This document shows positions 9,022 through 17,960 of a stretch of 64,000 bases of DNA, one piece after another; within the stretch, counting starts at the first letter, position 1; every line of letters begins with the position of its first letter. Position numbers and translations under genes: made by a program. The DNA comes from an uncultured Acidobacteriaceae bacterium (lineage in GTDB: Bacteria; Acidobacteriota; Terriglobia; Terriglobales; Acidobacteriaceae), in the NCBI GenBank assembly GCA_963843725.1, contig CAWJLM010000005.1, forward strand, positions 20,124 to 84,123. Reading direction: 5' to 3'. The notes beneath the pieces were generated by a model. The model saw only the letters and a list, made by a program, of their open reading frames with translations, searched no databases and had not been told where the DNA came from.

Positions 9022-9861
9022 ATGACCAGCCGGAAAACCGGGTTCGTGATTTTGGCCGTCTTATCCATGAGTCTGTTGGTATCCGTTTCTGCGTTGGCGC
9101 TGGCAGACGATCAGCCCGCGGCTGCCGATGCGAATGCGCAGACTTCGAATAATCCCGCTCCACCACCAGCAACAGACTCGCAAGACGATCAGTGGCACTT
9201 CAGTTTCTCTCCGTACTTGTGGTTTGCCGGATCCAGTGGGACGGTGGGCGCACTAGGACACGATGCCAGCTTTCACGCCAGCGCAGGCGATTTGCTTTCT
9301 CACTTCCACCTCGGGCTGATGGGCCAGGTCGAAGCTCGTAAGAATCGCTTCGTGATGCCGATTGATTTCCTATGGATTGATCTTCAGGCCTCCAGGGGTC
9401 TTTCGTTCGATCAAGGCGTGAATTCGGTCAAGCTCGGCGTGTCGGAAGTCGTTTTCACTCCCAAGGTCGGTTACCGCATCGTGGATCGTGAGAAGGTGAA
9501 GGTCGATGCGCTCATCGGTTTGCGCTACTGGCATCTGGGTCAGAGCCTGAACTTCAATCCCCAGCTTTTCAATGGTGTCTCGGCATCCCAGAACTGGGTT
9601 GACGGCGTGGCCGGTGGCAAGATTGTGCTGGCGTTGTCGCCGAAAGCAGCCGTCACCATCGCGGGAGACGCCGGCGGAGGTGGTTCCAGCCTGGACTACC
9701 AGGTGGTGGGCGTTCTGGGCTACAGACTATGCAAATCTGCCGTCCTGGATTTGGGCTGGCGGTATCTGTACGTGGACTATCTGAGAAATCCTCCGAAGCA
9801 GGCTCTTTTCGACGCGCACATGAGCGGCGCTTTGCTGGGTGTCACCTTTAACATTAAGTAA
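9022..9861 (+). CDS. Outer-membrane beta-barrel protein (unknown family)
   Basis: Signal peptide MTSRKTGFVILAVLSMSLLVSVSALA. It has alternating strand patterning and ends ...GALLGVTFNIK. GAGGAG lies 7 nt upstream of the ATG at 9022 (the track starts at GTG 9001). Confidence 0.75.
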   Translation: MTSRKTGFVILAVLSMSLLVSVSALALADDQPAAADANAQTSNNPAPPPATDSQDDQWHFSFSPYLWFAGSSGTVGALGHDASFHASAGDLLSHFHLGLMGQVEARKNRFVMPIDFLWIDLQASRGLSFDQGVNSVKLGVSEVVFTPKVGYRIVDREKVKVDALIGLRYWHLGQSLNFNPQLFNGVSASQNWVDGVAGGKIVLALSPKAAVTIAGDAGGGGSSLDYQVVGVLGYRLCKSAVLDLGWRYLYVDYLRNPPKQALFDAHMSGALLGVTFNIK

Positions 9862-9885
9862 GCCGACCAGCCTCCTCCAGTGCTG

Positions 9886-9925
9886 ATCGAGGCGAAGATC
9901 CCATGAAACGGGATCTCGCCTCGAT
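9886..9925 (+). terminator. Stem-loop downstream of 9022..9861
   Basis: ATCGAGGCGAAGATCCC / loop ATGAAAC / GGGATCTCGCCTCGAT gives a 16-bp stem with one bulge, followed by TTCGT. The U-tract is poor. Confidence 0.5.
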
Positions 9926-10016
9926 TTCGTGACTCCCACCTTGTGGTACAGACCGGCAAGCCCACGATTTTGCTTCGCAGACCCTGCCTGTCAGCCATAT
10001 ACTTCGCCTTAGTCCG

Positions 10017-13000
10017 GTGAAAACAACTGGATTCCAGGCAATGCAAAACCTGACAGAAGAAGACATTTCGCCTCTGCACGGGCAGGAAGCCTTTCGCCTT
10101 ATGTTTGAGCAGGCTGGTTTCGGCGTGGCTCAAGTGTCATTGCAGGGTCAGTGGTTAGCGGTGAACCAGTCGCTGTGCGACATCCTGGGCTATTCGCGCG
10201 CCGAGTTGCTCACCCGGACCTTGCCCGAGATCACCCGTTTTGATGATGTCGAAACCGAACTGGCAGAGTGCAGGCGCCTGCTCAAGGGCGAAATCCAAAG
10301 CTTCTCCAGCAAGAAGAGGCATCTGCGGGGAGATGGCCGCGTCGCCTGGCTGAAAGCAACCGTAACCTTGGTCCGCGACGACGTTTCCGCAGAGCCGGCC
10401 AGCTACCTGGCCGTGGTGGAGAACCAGACACCTCATAAAAAGGAAGTCCAGCAAATCCTGGTTGACGGCGACAAGCGCTTGCGCGTCCTGGCCGACAGCA
10501 TCAGCGACGTTTTCTTCAGGCTCGATAAAGAGTTGCGCTGCACCAGCTGGAATAAGGCCGCCGAAGTCCTCACCGGAATAGCCGCGGCAGATGTCCTGGG
10601 AAAGCAGGTCGGCGAAATCTTCCGTGCCGGGGCGGATAAGACCAGGGTGGAAACGATTTATCGCGAGGTGCTCGGCCAGCAGCAAATACGCAGCTTCACC
10701 GGTCAACCCACCATCGGCGAGAAACAGGTTCTGTTGGAAGTTACTGCCTATCCTTCTGACGAAGGAATCTCGGTGGTGGCGATGGACATTGGAGAACGCC
10801 GCAGATCGGCGGAGATGCGCCAGCGTCTGGCAGCCATCGTGGAGTCCAGCGATGACGCGATCCTAAGCGTCACGCCGGAAGGCCTGATAGTCAGCTGGAA
10901 TCATGGTGCAGAGAAACTTTTCGGATACTCTGCCGCCGACGCACTCGGTAAGGATCTGACATTTCTGGTCCCGCCCCATCTGCACCTCGAGGCGCAGTCC
11001 ATGTGGCAAGACGGATTGGCCGGAAAAGGGATGCAGGGGCACGAAACCCAACGGCTAAAAAAGGATGGCAGCAGCGTAGAAGTTTCGGTGTCAATTTCTC
11101 CCGTGCTCCATACCAACGGCTCCATCATCGGCATATCGCTGATCGCGCGCGACATTTTTGAACGGAAACGCTCCGAAGCCACGCTGAAACGACAGGTCCT
11201 GTTTAACGAACTGATGACGCGAATCCTGATTCGTTTCACCACCTGCCGGTTTGTGGAAGTGGGCCCGAGTGTGACCGCAGCCTTGCAGCAGACGGCGGAA
11301 TTCCTCGGAGTTGACCACGCGCACGTCCTCATATTTTCGCCGGACCGAACCACCTGGACCGCGACTCATGAATGGTGCGGTCCAGATGTTCAGCAGCAAA
11401 CCCGGAATTATCAGAATGTGCCGTTCGGTACGGTGCCTTGGAGCGAATCGCGACTGCTGGCAGGACAGGTGATCCGAATCAATACGGCAGACGATTACCC
11501 GCCTGAAGCCGCGGTCGAGCGCCAACTTCCGGACATGGAGGCGGGCATGCAATCGATCCTGCTGGTTCCCATTTACGGGGCCGCGGGAGTGATCGTGGGC
11601 GTGGTCGGCTTCGATTCTCATGCCCGGCAGGTGACCTGGTCGGACGATGATGTGGCCCATTGCAGGATGGTGGGTGACGCGATCGCTACGGTGCTGGAGC
11701 GTAAGCGGGCCGAACAGGCGCTGCGCAACTCGGAAGAAAAATTTTCCAAGGCCTTCGAGGCCAGCCCGGCGATGATCACCATCATCCGGGTCAAAGACCG
11801 GCGCTACGTGGAAGTCAACCGGGCCTTTGAACAGCATACCGGCTTTCTGCGCACCGAGGTGCTCAACCGATCGATAGCCGAGGTCGGTCGCTGGTCGGAC
11901 CTGGGAAGTCTGAACCAAACCTTTGAGCGAGTGCTGGCCCGGGGAAGTGTAAGAAACCTGGAAGCCAAACTGTGCACCAAGAGCGGCGTCATTTTGTGCG
12001 TTCTACTGGCGGCCGAGGTGGTTGAATTTGACGGGCAGACTTGCGTGCTGACGGTGGCCGAGGACATCACGGAACGCAAGCTGGCCGAAGACGCGTTACG
12101 CGAGAGCGAAGAACGCTTCCGGGTAATGGCCGACAGTGCTCCCATCATGATGTGGATGGCGGGACCAGACAAAGGCTGTACCGACTTTAACCGCGGCTGG
12201 CTGCAATTTACCGGACGAACTCTGGAGCAGGAGCGTGGTGACGGATGGGCCACCGGAGTTCATCCTGCCGACTTGCGCGGGTGCATCGACATTTACCATG
12301 CCGCGTTCGAGCAGCGACATTCGTTCGCCATGGAATACCGCTTGCGGCGGCACGATGGCGAATATCGCTGGGTGGCCGATACCGGTACTCCGAGATTTCT
12401 GCCCGACGGCAGTTTCGTGGGCTATATCGGCTGCTGCTTCGATGTCGACGATCAGAAACAGGCCGAGTTGGCGCGCACGGATTTGTCGCGGCGGCTGATG
12501 ACCGCCCAGGAAGCCGAGCGTACTCGCATCGCGCGGGAACTGCATGACGGTATTGGCCAGTCGCTGGCCTTGCTGGGAATCCAGATGCAAAGGGCCAGCC
12601 AGCCCATCGCTCTGCGCCTGGGCAAGAAAAATCCCGGGATGCAGGAGTTATGCGGCAAGTTAAAAGAGATTGGTAATCAGGTAAGCCGGCTTTCTCATCA
12701 ACTGCATTCTTCGGAACTGGAGTTCCTGGGGCTGGCGGTAGCCGTGAAGAGTTTGTGCCGGGAATTCTCCGAGCAATATCACATCAAAGTTGAATGTGCC
12801 TGCCATGACATTCCAGCAGACCTGGACAATGAAATTGCCCTGTGTTTCCTCAGAATCGTTCAGGAAGCTTTGCACAACGTGGCTAAACACAGCCAAGCGT
12901 CCTTAGTGCGGGTGGATATGTCGGGGGCGGGCAACGAACTCACCCTCGCCCTGGCAGACGATGGTGTCGGTTTCGAGTTGAATCAGGTCCGTAAGACGGC

Positions 13001-13127
13001 GGGACTGGGCATGGTGAGCATGCGCGAACGCATGCACCTGATCGGCGGAGAGTTCACCATTTCTTCCCAGCCCGGAAGTGGGACGAAGATACAGGCCAGA
13101 GCAGCGCTGGTACTTCCTGCCGGGTGA
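10017..13127 (+). CDS. Multi-PAS/GAF sensor histidine kinase, HisKA_3 (NarX/DegS-type) transmitter
   Basis: 1036 aa with no TM segments. It has several PAS/PAC blocks, each followed by a (D)ITERK linker, and a GAF-like block. The H-box is RIARELHDGIGQSLA. The HATPase region reads LRIVQEALHNVAKHS...DDGVGF...GLGMVSMRERMHLIGGEFTISS. The start is uncertain (GTG 10017 or ATG 10041). Confidence 0.85.
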   Translation: MKTTGFQAMQNLTEEDISPLHGQEAFRLMFEQAGFGVAQVSLQGQWLAVNQSLCDILGYSRAELLTRTLPEITRFDDVETELAECRRLLKGEIQSFSSKKRHLRGDGRVAWLKATVTLVRDDVSAEPASYLAVVENQTPHKKEVQQILVDGDKRLRVLADSISDVFFRLDKELRCTSWNKAAEVLTGIAAADVLGKQVGEIFRAGADKTRVETIYREVLGQQQIRSFTGQPTIGEKQVLLEVTAYPSDEGISVVAMDIGERRRSAEMRQRLAAIVESSDDAILSVTPEGLIVSWNHGAEKLFGYSAADALGKDLTFLVPPHLHLEAQSMWQDGLAGKGMQGHETQRLKKDGSSVEVSVSISPVLHTNGSIIGISLIARDIFERKRSEATLKRQVLFNELMTRILIRFTTCRFVEVGPSVTAALQQTAEFLGVDHAHVLIFSPDRTTWTATHEWCGPDVQQQTRNYQNVPFGTVPWSESRLLAGQVIRINTADDYPPEAAVERQLPDMEAGMQSILLVPIYGAAGVIVGVVGFDSHARQVTWSDDDVAHCRMVGDAIATVLERKRAEQALRNSEEKFSKAFEASPAMITIIRVKDRRYVEVNRAFEQHTGFLRTEVLNRSIAEVGRWSDLGSLNQTFERVLARGSVRNLEAKLCTKSGVILCVLLAAEVVEFDGQTCVLTVAEDITERKLAEDALRESEERFRVMADSAPIMMWMAGPDKGCTDFNRGWLQFTGRTLEQERGDGWATGVHPADLRGCIDIYHAAFEQRHSFAMEYRLRRHDGEYRWVADTGTPRFLPDGSFVGYIGCCFDVDDQKQAELARTDLSRRLMTAQEAERTRIARELHDGIGQSLALLGIQMQRASQPIALRLGKKNPGMQELCGKLKEIGNQVSRLSHQLHSSELEFLGLAVAVKSLCREFSEQYHIKVECACHDIPADLDNEIALCFLRIVQEALHNVAKHSQASLVRVDMSGAGNELTLALADDGVGFELNQVRKTAGLGMVSMRERMHLIGGEFTISSQPGSGTKIQARAALVLPAG

Positions 13128-13323
13128 AGGGCGACGACTTCTGTTCAGACTCGCGCCCCGGGGCGGCAGGATTTGTTATCACCAGCGAAGCGACGGATCT
13201 GTTTTTTGCCTTCCACTGCGAAAAGCAGATTCCTCACGCCCGTCAATCAGGCGCTCGTAACGACAATTCCGCCCAGAAGCCCCGCATCCTGGTGAGACCT
13301 CAAAGGTCAGTAGGCGTTGAGCC

Positions 13324-13821
13324 CTAGTGTGACGCTCCGATCACGATTGCCTCGGCTGTGCCTGAACCGCACATGCCATAGGTGGCGCCGGAAACACAAG
13401 CTCCCACCGAATACTTGAAGCATCCCGGCCGTTTGGCGACCACCGGTATAGGCTTGTTCGATCCGCCGATAATGGCATCCGGCGGCTCAAACGGAGAGGA
13501 CGGGCCGAAGTCGATAACGAAGCCCGTGTTCTTCGACGAAGATTGCCAGGTCACCGTGGTACCCGGCTTTATGCAGAAGAGCGAATTGTCCTTGGCTTTG
13601 GGAAAGCCCGGCGTGGCGTTAGCGCCTTTCATGCCTTGCCGCTTGATGTCGACTGTACAGGGCCCGGAATCGGGACAGGTATTTGCGGCGGTGCACAGGC
13701 TTTGCGGATTGGGCTCGTCGCAAACGTACTTACCTTTGGACTGAGCCGTCGCAACGCCGGCCAGCACGAACATCAACAGGGAAAGCAACGTCAAGACCGC
13801 AAGCGTATGGCGTACCTTCAT
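13324..13821 (-). CDS. Secreted Cys-rich hypothetical protein
   Basis: 165 aa with signal peptide MKVRHTLAVLTLLSLLMFVLAGVATAQS. It has 10 Cys residues. GAGGA lies upstream of the ATG. Confidence 0.65.
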   Translation of the reverse strand: MKVRHTLAVLTLLSLLMFVLAGVATAQSKGKYVCDEPNPQSLCTAANTCPDSGPCTVDIKRQGMKGANATPGFPKAKDNSLFCIKPGTTVTWQSSSKNTGFVIDFGPSSPFEPPDAIIGGSNKPIPVVAKRPGCFKYSVGACVSGATYGMCGSGTAEAIVIGASH

Positions 13822-13848
13822 AAAATCCTCACTTGGAAATGTTTACAA

Positions 13849-14004
13849 GCTGTCTCATAAATTGATGCCGCATAGTTTGTGTCAGGGCCGGCCTTTAGAG
13901 GCTCCTGAAAAGTCCGAAAAGCAGATTCCTCGGCGGCTGAAGCCGCCTCGGAGTGACAAAAACAAAAGGCTTAACAGCACGAGTAAACTCGTGCCTGACA
14001 CAAA
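13849..14004. mobile_element. MITE-like nonautonomous element (CTCATAAAT...TTTGTGTCAGGGC end family) carrying an A-hairpin module
   Basis: The left end is GCTGTCTCATAAATTGATGCCGCATAGTTTGTGTCAGGGC (13849..13888). The inverted inner end is GCCTGACACAAA (13993..14004). The interior holds CAGATTCCTCGGCGGCTGAAGCCGCCTCGGAGTGAC. Confidence 0.6.
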
Positions 14005-14069
14005 GCTCTGCCAGCTCTACTTTTTTCCGCGCCGGCGGCACAAAGTCTCCCTGAGTGAGGCGGCGCCGA

Positions 14070-14672
14070 CTAATTCTCGCCGGGCGTTCCTGCCCAGTCG
14101 ATGACGTTGCCCAGTCTCCACGGATTCTTGTTGAGTTCCAAAGTAAACTGCCCGTCGGAGCCGATGGTCAACTGGGCCGCCGGGTATAACACGCCGTAGC
14201 TCTTGCTTTTATCCTGATCGTTGAGATTGATTTCGCCGGCGGTCAGATTGTAATACTGGCTCTGCGTGTCGTAGTAAGCTTCGCCGAAATGGATGGGGCG
14301 GTTGGTGGCGAAGCGAATCGTCCTGCCGGTGGGCGTGTCGATCAGTTTGATAAAGCTGAGATCGTAGCCGAGAGTTCCGGTAATCGAGATACGGCCGACC
14401 GCCTTCATCTTTTCCAGAGCGTTTACCAGTCCCTGGTTCTGGCCCTTCTGGAAAGCATCGACAAGAATATCTTCATCCGCCGGGGTGGAGTACTGGTAGA
14501 TGATGATGGTAATGCCGATATTTTTTCCCAGCTGGGTGCTGGTGCCCCAGGCAGTCGCGTCGATGGTTTCATTCTTTTCCCGCGCGAACCCGGGAAGAGC
14601 GCCTGACAGCAGCAGACTCGCCAGAACTGCAACGCTCAAGGCGATTTTGGAAATACCTGATTTTGTGCGCAC
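14070..14672 (-). CDS. Secreted hypothetical protein
   Basis: 200 aa with a GTG start and GGAG 8 nt upstream. The signal peptide is ISKIALSVAVLASLLLSGALPGFA. Confidence 0.65.
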   Translation of the reverse strand: MRTKSGISKIALSVAVLASLLLSGALPGFAREKNETIDATAWGTSTQLGKNIGITIIIYQYSTPADEDILVDAFQKGQNQGLVNALEKMKAVGRISITGTLGYDLSFIKLIDTPTGRTIRFATNRPIHFGEAYYDTQSQYYNLTAGEINLNDQDKSKSYGVLYPAAQLTIGSDGQFTLELNKNPWRLGNVIDWAGTPGEN

Positions 14673-14852
14673 GGCTTAATCTCCTGGTCGCTGCAAGTTG
14701 GGCAGAGACAGTTTGCAAAGTTATGAGGATCCTACGGCGAACGACCGCCGAAGGATAACTAGCAGAAATACCCGTCCCACCACAATAAAAAAGCTGATGT
14801 CAAGTCAGTACATACCTGCACTCCCAGTCTTTTGCAAAACTTAGCGGTCCCC

Positions 14853-14869
14853 CTACTAGTTTTGCCAGT
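14853..14869 (+). promoter_or_regulatory. Recurring upstream motif CTACTAGTTTTGCCAGT, 196 nt upstream of the OmpA-family gene
   Basis: Direct read. Related copies are at 541..560(-), 8823..8840(+), 21205..21223(+) and 23158..23174(+). Confidence 0.4.
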
Positions 14870-15064
14870 ATCACGGAGGAGAGCGAGTTCCTAATATGGA
14901 AGGCGCTATCTGGGGCGAAGCTTGATGCGAGGAAATTCGCTTCGAGTTCCGGGCTTCCATTCGAATCACGCCTGTCTCCAGCTAGTGAGTTATTTGCAGC
15001 AGGCCGAGCGGACCGGTTGCTTTCCGTTACCGCGAACAGGGAAATCGGGAGGGGAAATCAAATC

Positions 15065-15988
15065 ATGAATCGAAGCAGGATCAGCAAGATTGCATTTTTC
15101 ATGGCTATGACTCTGACCATGCTGGTGTTGGTAGGCGTAGCCGGCGCCCAGAGTGCCCAGATCCAAGGAGTCATCAACGGACGCAGCGGCGCCACCATGA
15201 CCGTTCAGACCCAGGATGCCGGCAACGTGGTCGTCGTTCTCAATGACTTCACCAGCGTGGAAGACGTGGCGGGTCTGTTTCATGCGCGCAAAAAGCAAAT
15301 GGGCTTGACCGTTCTGGTGCCCGGCCTGCAAGTGACGGTGCAGGGAAACTACAACCCGCAGAACCAGTTGGTAGCCGACACCGTGAAGTTCAACGGTAAA
15401 AATCTGCAAACGGCTACCGACATTCAAGCCGGCGTAACTCCGGTGGAGCAGCAGGAGCAGGCGCAGAAGGCGCAGGAAGCCAAGCAGGAAGCGCAAATCC
15501 AGAAGGAACAGGCGGCCATGGCACAGCAGCAGCAGGAAATGGCTGCGGCGCAGGCGAAACTCGCCGCCAACCAGGCGGCCATTGCTGCCGTCAACAAGCG
15601 CTTCGGCGAGCTGGCCGAGTACAACATCTGGGACGAGGTCACGGTCTACTTCGCCAACGGGCAAGTATCCGTCGATCCGAAATATGACGCTCCGTTGATG
15701 GCCCTGTGCAAGAAGGCGACGACCGTCACCGGCTACGTGATCCAGGTGAAAGGCTACGCGTCGGCCGTCGGCTCGGCTGCCCTGAACCAGAAGCTGAGCC
15801 AGGAGCGGGCGGCCAACGTAACCGACTTCCTCGACCAGCAATGTCACATTCCGCTGACCAACGTGCTGGCTCCGGGTGCGATGGGCACCAGCAAGCAAGT
15901 GGCTTCTGACAAAACCGCCGAAGGTCAGGCGGAAAATCGGCGCGTGGTGGTCAGGGTTCTGCAGAACAAAGGCATCGCCGGAACATAA
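15065..15988 (+). CDS. OmpA-family protein with N-terminal beta domain, Q/A-rich coiled coil and C-terminal OmpA/MotB peptidoglycan-binding domain
   Basis: The start MNRSRISKIAFFMAMTLTMLVLVGVAGAQS is preceded by GGGAGGGG. The coiled coil reads QQEQAQKAQEAKQEAQIQKEQAAMAQQQQEMAAAQAKLAANQ. The C-terminus (VKGYASAVGSAALNQKLSQERAANV...AENRRVVVRV) is an OmpA_C signature. Confidence 0.85.
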   Translation: MNRSRISKIAFFMAMTLTMLVLVGVAGAQSAQIQGVINGRSGATMTVQTQDAGNVVVVLNDFTSVEDVAGLFHARKKQMGLTVLVPGLQVTVQGNYNPQNQLVADTVKFNGKNLQTATDIQAGVTPVEQQEQAQKAQEAKQEAQIQKEQAAMAQQQQEMAAAQAKLAANQAAIAAVNKRFGELAEYNIWDEVTVYFANGQVSVDPKYDAPLMALCKKATTVTGYVIQVKGYASAVGSAALNQKLSQERAANVTDFLDQQCHIPLTNVLAPGAMGTSKQVASDKTAEGQAENRRVVVRVLQNKGIAGT

Positions 15989-16007
15989 GAAGCGCGCAGT
16001 GGTTGAC

Positions 16008-16030
16008 GGGGACCGGGATTTTCGGTCCCC
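16008..16030 (+). terminator. Short GC hairpin after the stop of 15065..15988
   Basis: GGGGACCG / GGATTTT / CGGTCCCC. No U-tract follows it. Confidence 0.4.
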
Positions 16031-16347
16031 AGCTTAGAAGGTGAGTGGGTACGTTCTCGGTCGGACGAGCGGGGGGATGGGTCCGTCCGAAAATTTGGCA
16101 CCTAAGTGTTGAAAATCTGCAGTCGTTTAGTGGTTTAGATGGCCAGCCTCAATGTGCTACTCAGACCGCGCTAGGAAATAGCCAATGCGAGCGTTCCACG
16201 GCCCTTGGCAGGCCGTGAGGCTAGGCGGACGCCTCCAGGGCCGCCGGGCGGTTTCCGGCGCGGTGGGCGGGCCAAGAGAGCGGTCTATTGCAGTTTCCCT
16301 TTTTGAAACTTTTACTGGCAAGAATTCAATCGGAGGGGCTTAAGAAA

Positions 16348-17844
16348 ATGAAAGGTCTCGAATGGGTTGTGGGACTCATGATCGTCGCAGCCCCAGCGTT
16401 CGCCCAGGTGCAGCAGTACAAGTATGAAACACCTATCCCGCCCGGCATCACCACCCCAGACAAAGTTGACACGCGTCTGGGCACGCTGAAGTTCGAGGGC
16501 GGCTATCCCGATGCAGCGACCGTCGAGAAGGTGTACGACAATCTCGACTTCCAGCGTGGCGTCGACGTGTTTCTCAACTCCATACAGGGGGCTTCGCTGG
16601 TGGCCATGCGTCGCGGCTTCCGCGAAACTGGTGCGGTAGACGGGACGTTCGGAGTCTTCAACACGCTGATGAACGCCAAGTCGCTCTTCCTGACGGCGAA
16701 TCAGGACACGGTCTACGCCATGACGTGGATTGACCTTTCCCATGGTCCCGTGGTCATCGAAAGCCCGCCTAACAGCCTCGGCATCGTGGACGACTTCTGG
16801 TTCCGCTATGTCGCCGACCTGGGGAATGCAGGCCCGGACAAGGGAAAGGGAGGCAAGTACCTGTTCCTGCCGCCCGGCTATAAGGGCGATGTACCCCAAG
16901 GCTACTTCGTCTTCAAGTCACGCACGTTCAACAACTGCTTCTTTACGCGCGGCTTCCTGGTCAATGGCGATCCCGGGCCCGCGGTCGAGAGTTTCCACAA
17001 GACCATGCGGAGCTACCCGTTATCCGAGGCCGCCAACTCGCATCCGGCTAAGTTCGTGAACTGGTCAGATAAAACGTTCAACACCATTGGACCCAATGAC
17101 TACAGCTTCTACGAAGACGTCAACACCCTGATTCAGGAAGAACCGGCCGACAGTGAGAACCCGGAATTGCTCGGGCAACTGATGGCGATTGGAATTCAGA
17201 AGGGTAAGCCCTTTGCGCCCGACGAGCGCATGAAGAAGATCCTGACCGACGCAGTTGCGGTGGGAAATGCCACGGCACGAGCGGTCTCATACCGGCCGCG
17301 CGACCCGCAAGTGTATTTCTATCCGGGGAAGGCCTGGTCGACGCCATTCGTGGGCGGCAGCTATCTCTTCCTCGACGATGGGGCGCGGTTGCTGGATGCC
17401 CGGACCTACTTCTTTTACAACGCAACCGGCATAACTCCTGCGATGTCGATGAAAATGGTTGGCGTAGGCTCGCAGTATGCGATTGCTTTCTTCGACGCCG
17501 ATAAGAATTACCTCGAGGGTGGCAAGAACTACAAACTGAACATACCGGCGAACCCGCCGGCCAAGAACTTTTGGTCGATGATCGCTTACGATGCACAAAC
17601 GCGATCCATGGTTCAGACGGACCAGGCGTTTCCTTCGAAAGCAAGCCACACCGCCGGGCTGCAGAAGAACGCCGACGGTTCCTACGACCTGTATTTCGGA
17701 CCGAAGGCGCCAGCCGGCAAAGAAAGTAACTGGATCCAGACCATTCCCGGCAGAGGGTGGTTCGCTTGCCTGCGCCTTTACGGGCCGCTCGAACCTTGGT
17801 TTGACAAGACTTGGAAGCCTGGAGAACTCGAGCCGCTGAAGTGA
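16348..17844 (+). CDS. DUF1254/DUF1214 domain-containing secreted protein
   Basis: The start MKGLEWVVGLMIVAAPAFAQ has GGAGG upstream. Family hallmarks include NTLMNAKSLFLTANQDTVY, the GKYLFLPPGYKG motif and FWSMIAYD. Confidence 0.8.
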   Translation: MKGLEWVVGLMIVAAPAFAQVQQYKYETPIPPGITTPDKVDTRLGTLKFEGGYPDAATVEKVYDNLDFQRGVDVFLNSIQGASLVAMRRGFRETGAVDGTFGVFNTLMNAKSLFLTANQDTVYAMTWIDLSHGPVVIESPPNSLGIVDDFWFRYVADLGNAGPDKGKGGKYLFLPPGYKGDVPQGYFVFKSRTFNNCFFTRGFLVNGDPGPAVESFHKTMRSYPLSEAANSHPAKFVNWSDKTFNTIGPNDYSFYEDVNTLIQEEPADSENPELLGQLMAIGIQKGKPFAPDERMKKILTDAVAVGNATARAVSYRPRDPQVYFYPGKAWSTPFVGGSYLFLDDGARLLDARTYFFYNATGITPAMSMKMVGVGSQYAIAFFDADKNYLEGGKNYKLNIPANPPAKNFWSMIAYDAQTRSMVQTDQAFPSKASHTAGLQKNADGSYDLYFGPKAPAGKESNWIQTIPGRGWFACLRLYGPLEPWFDKTWKPGELEPLK

Positions 17845-17960
17845 ATACGACAAAACGGCGCAGCTTGTGCCAACCGAATGCGACACTGCTCGCGCGCAGC
17901 AGTCCAAACTATTAATCGCGGGGCTGGAGCTACCGACCTCGCACGAGACTTGGAGAGCAT

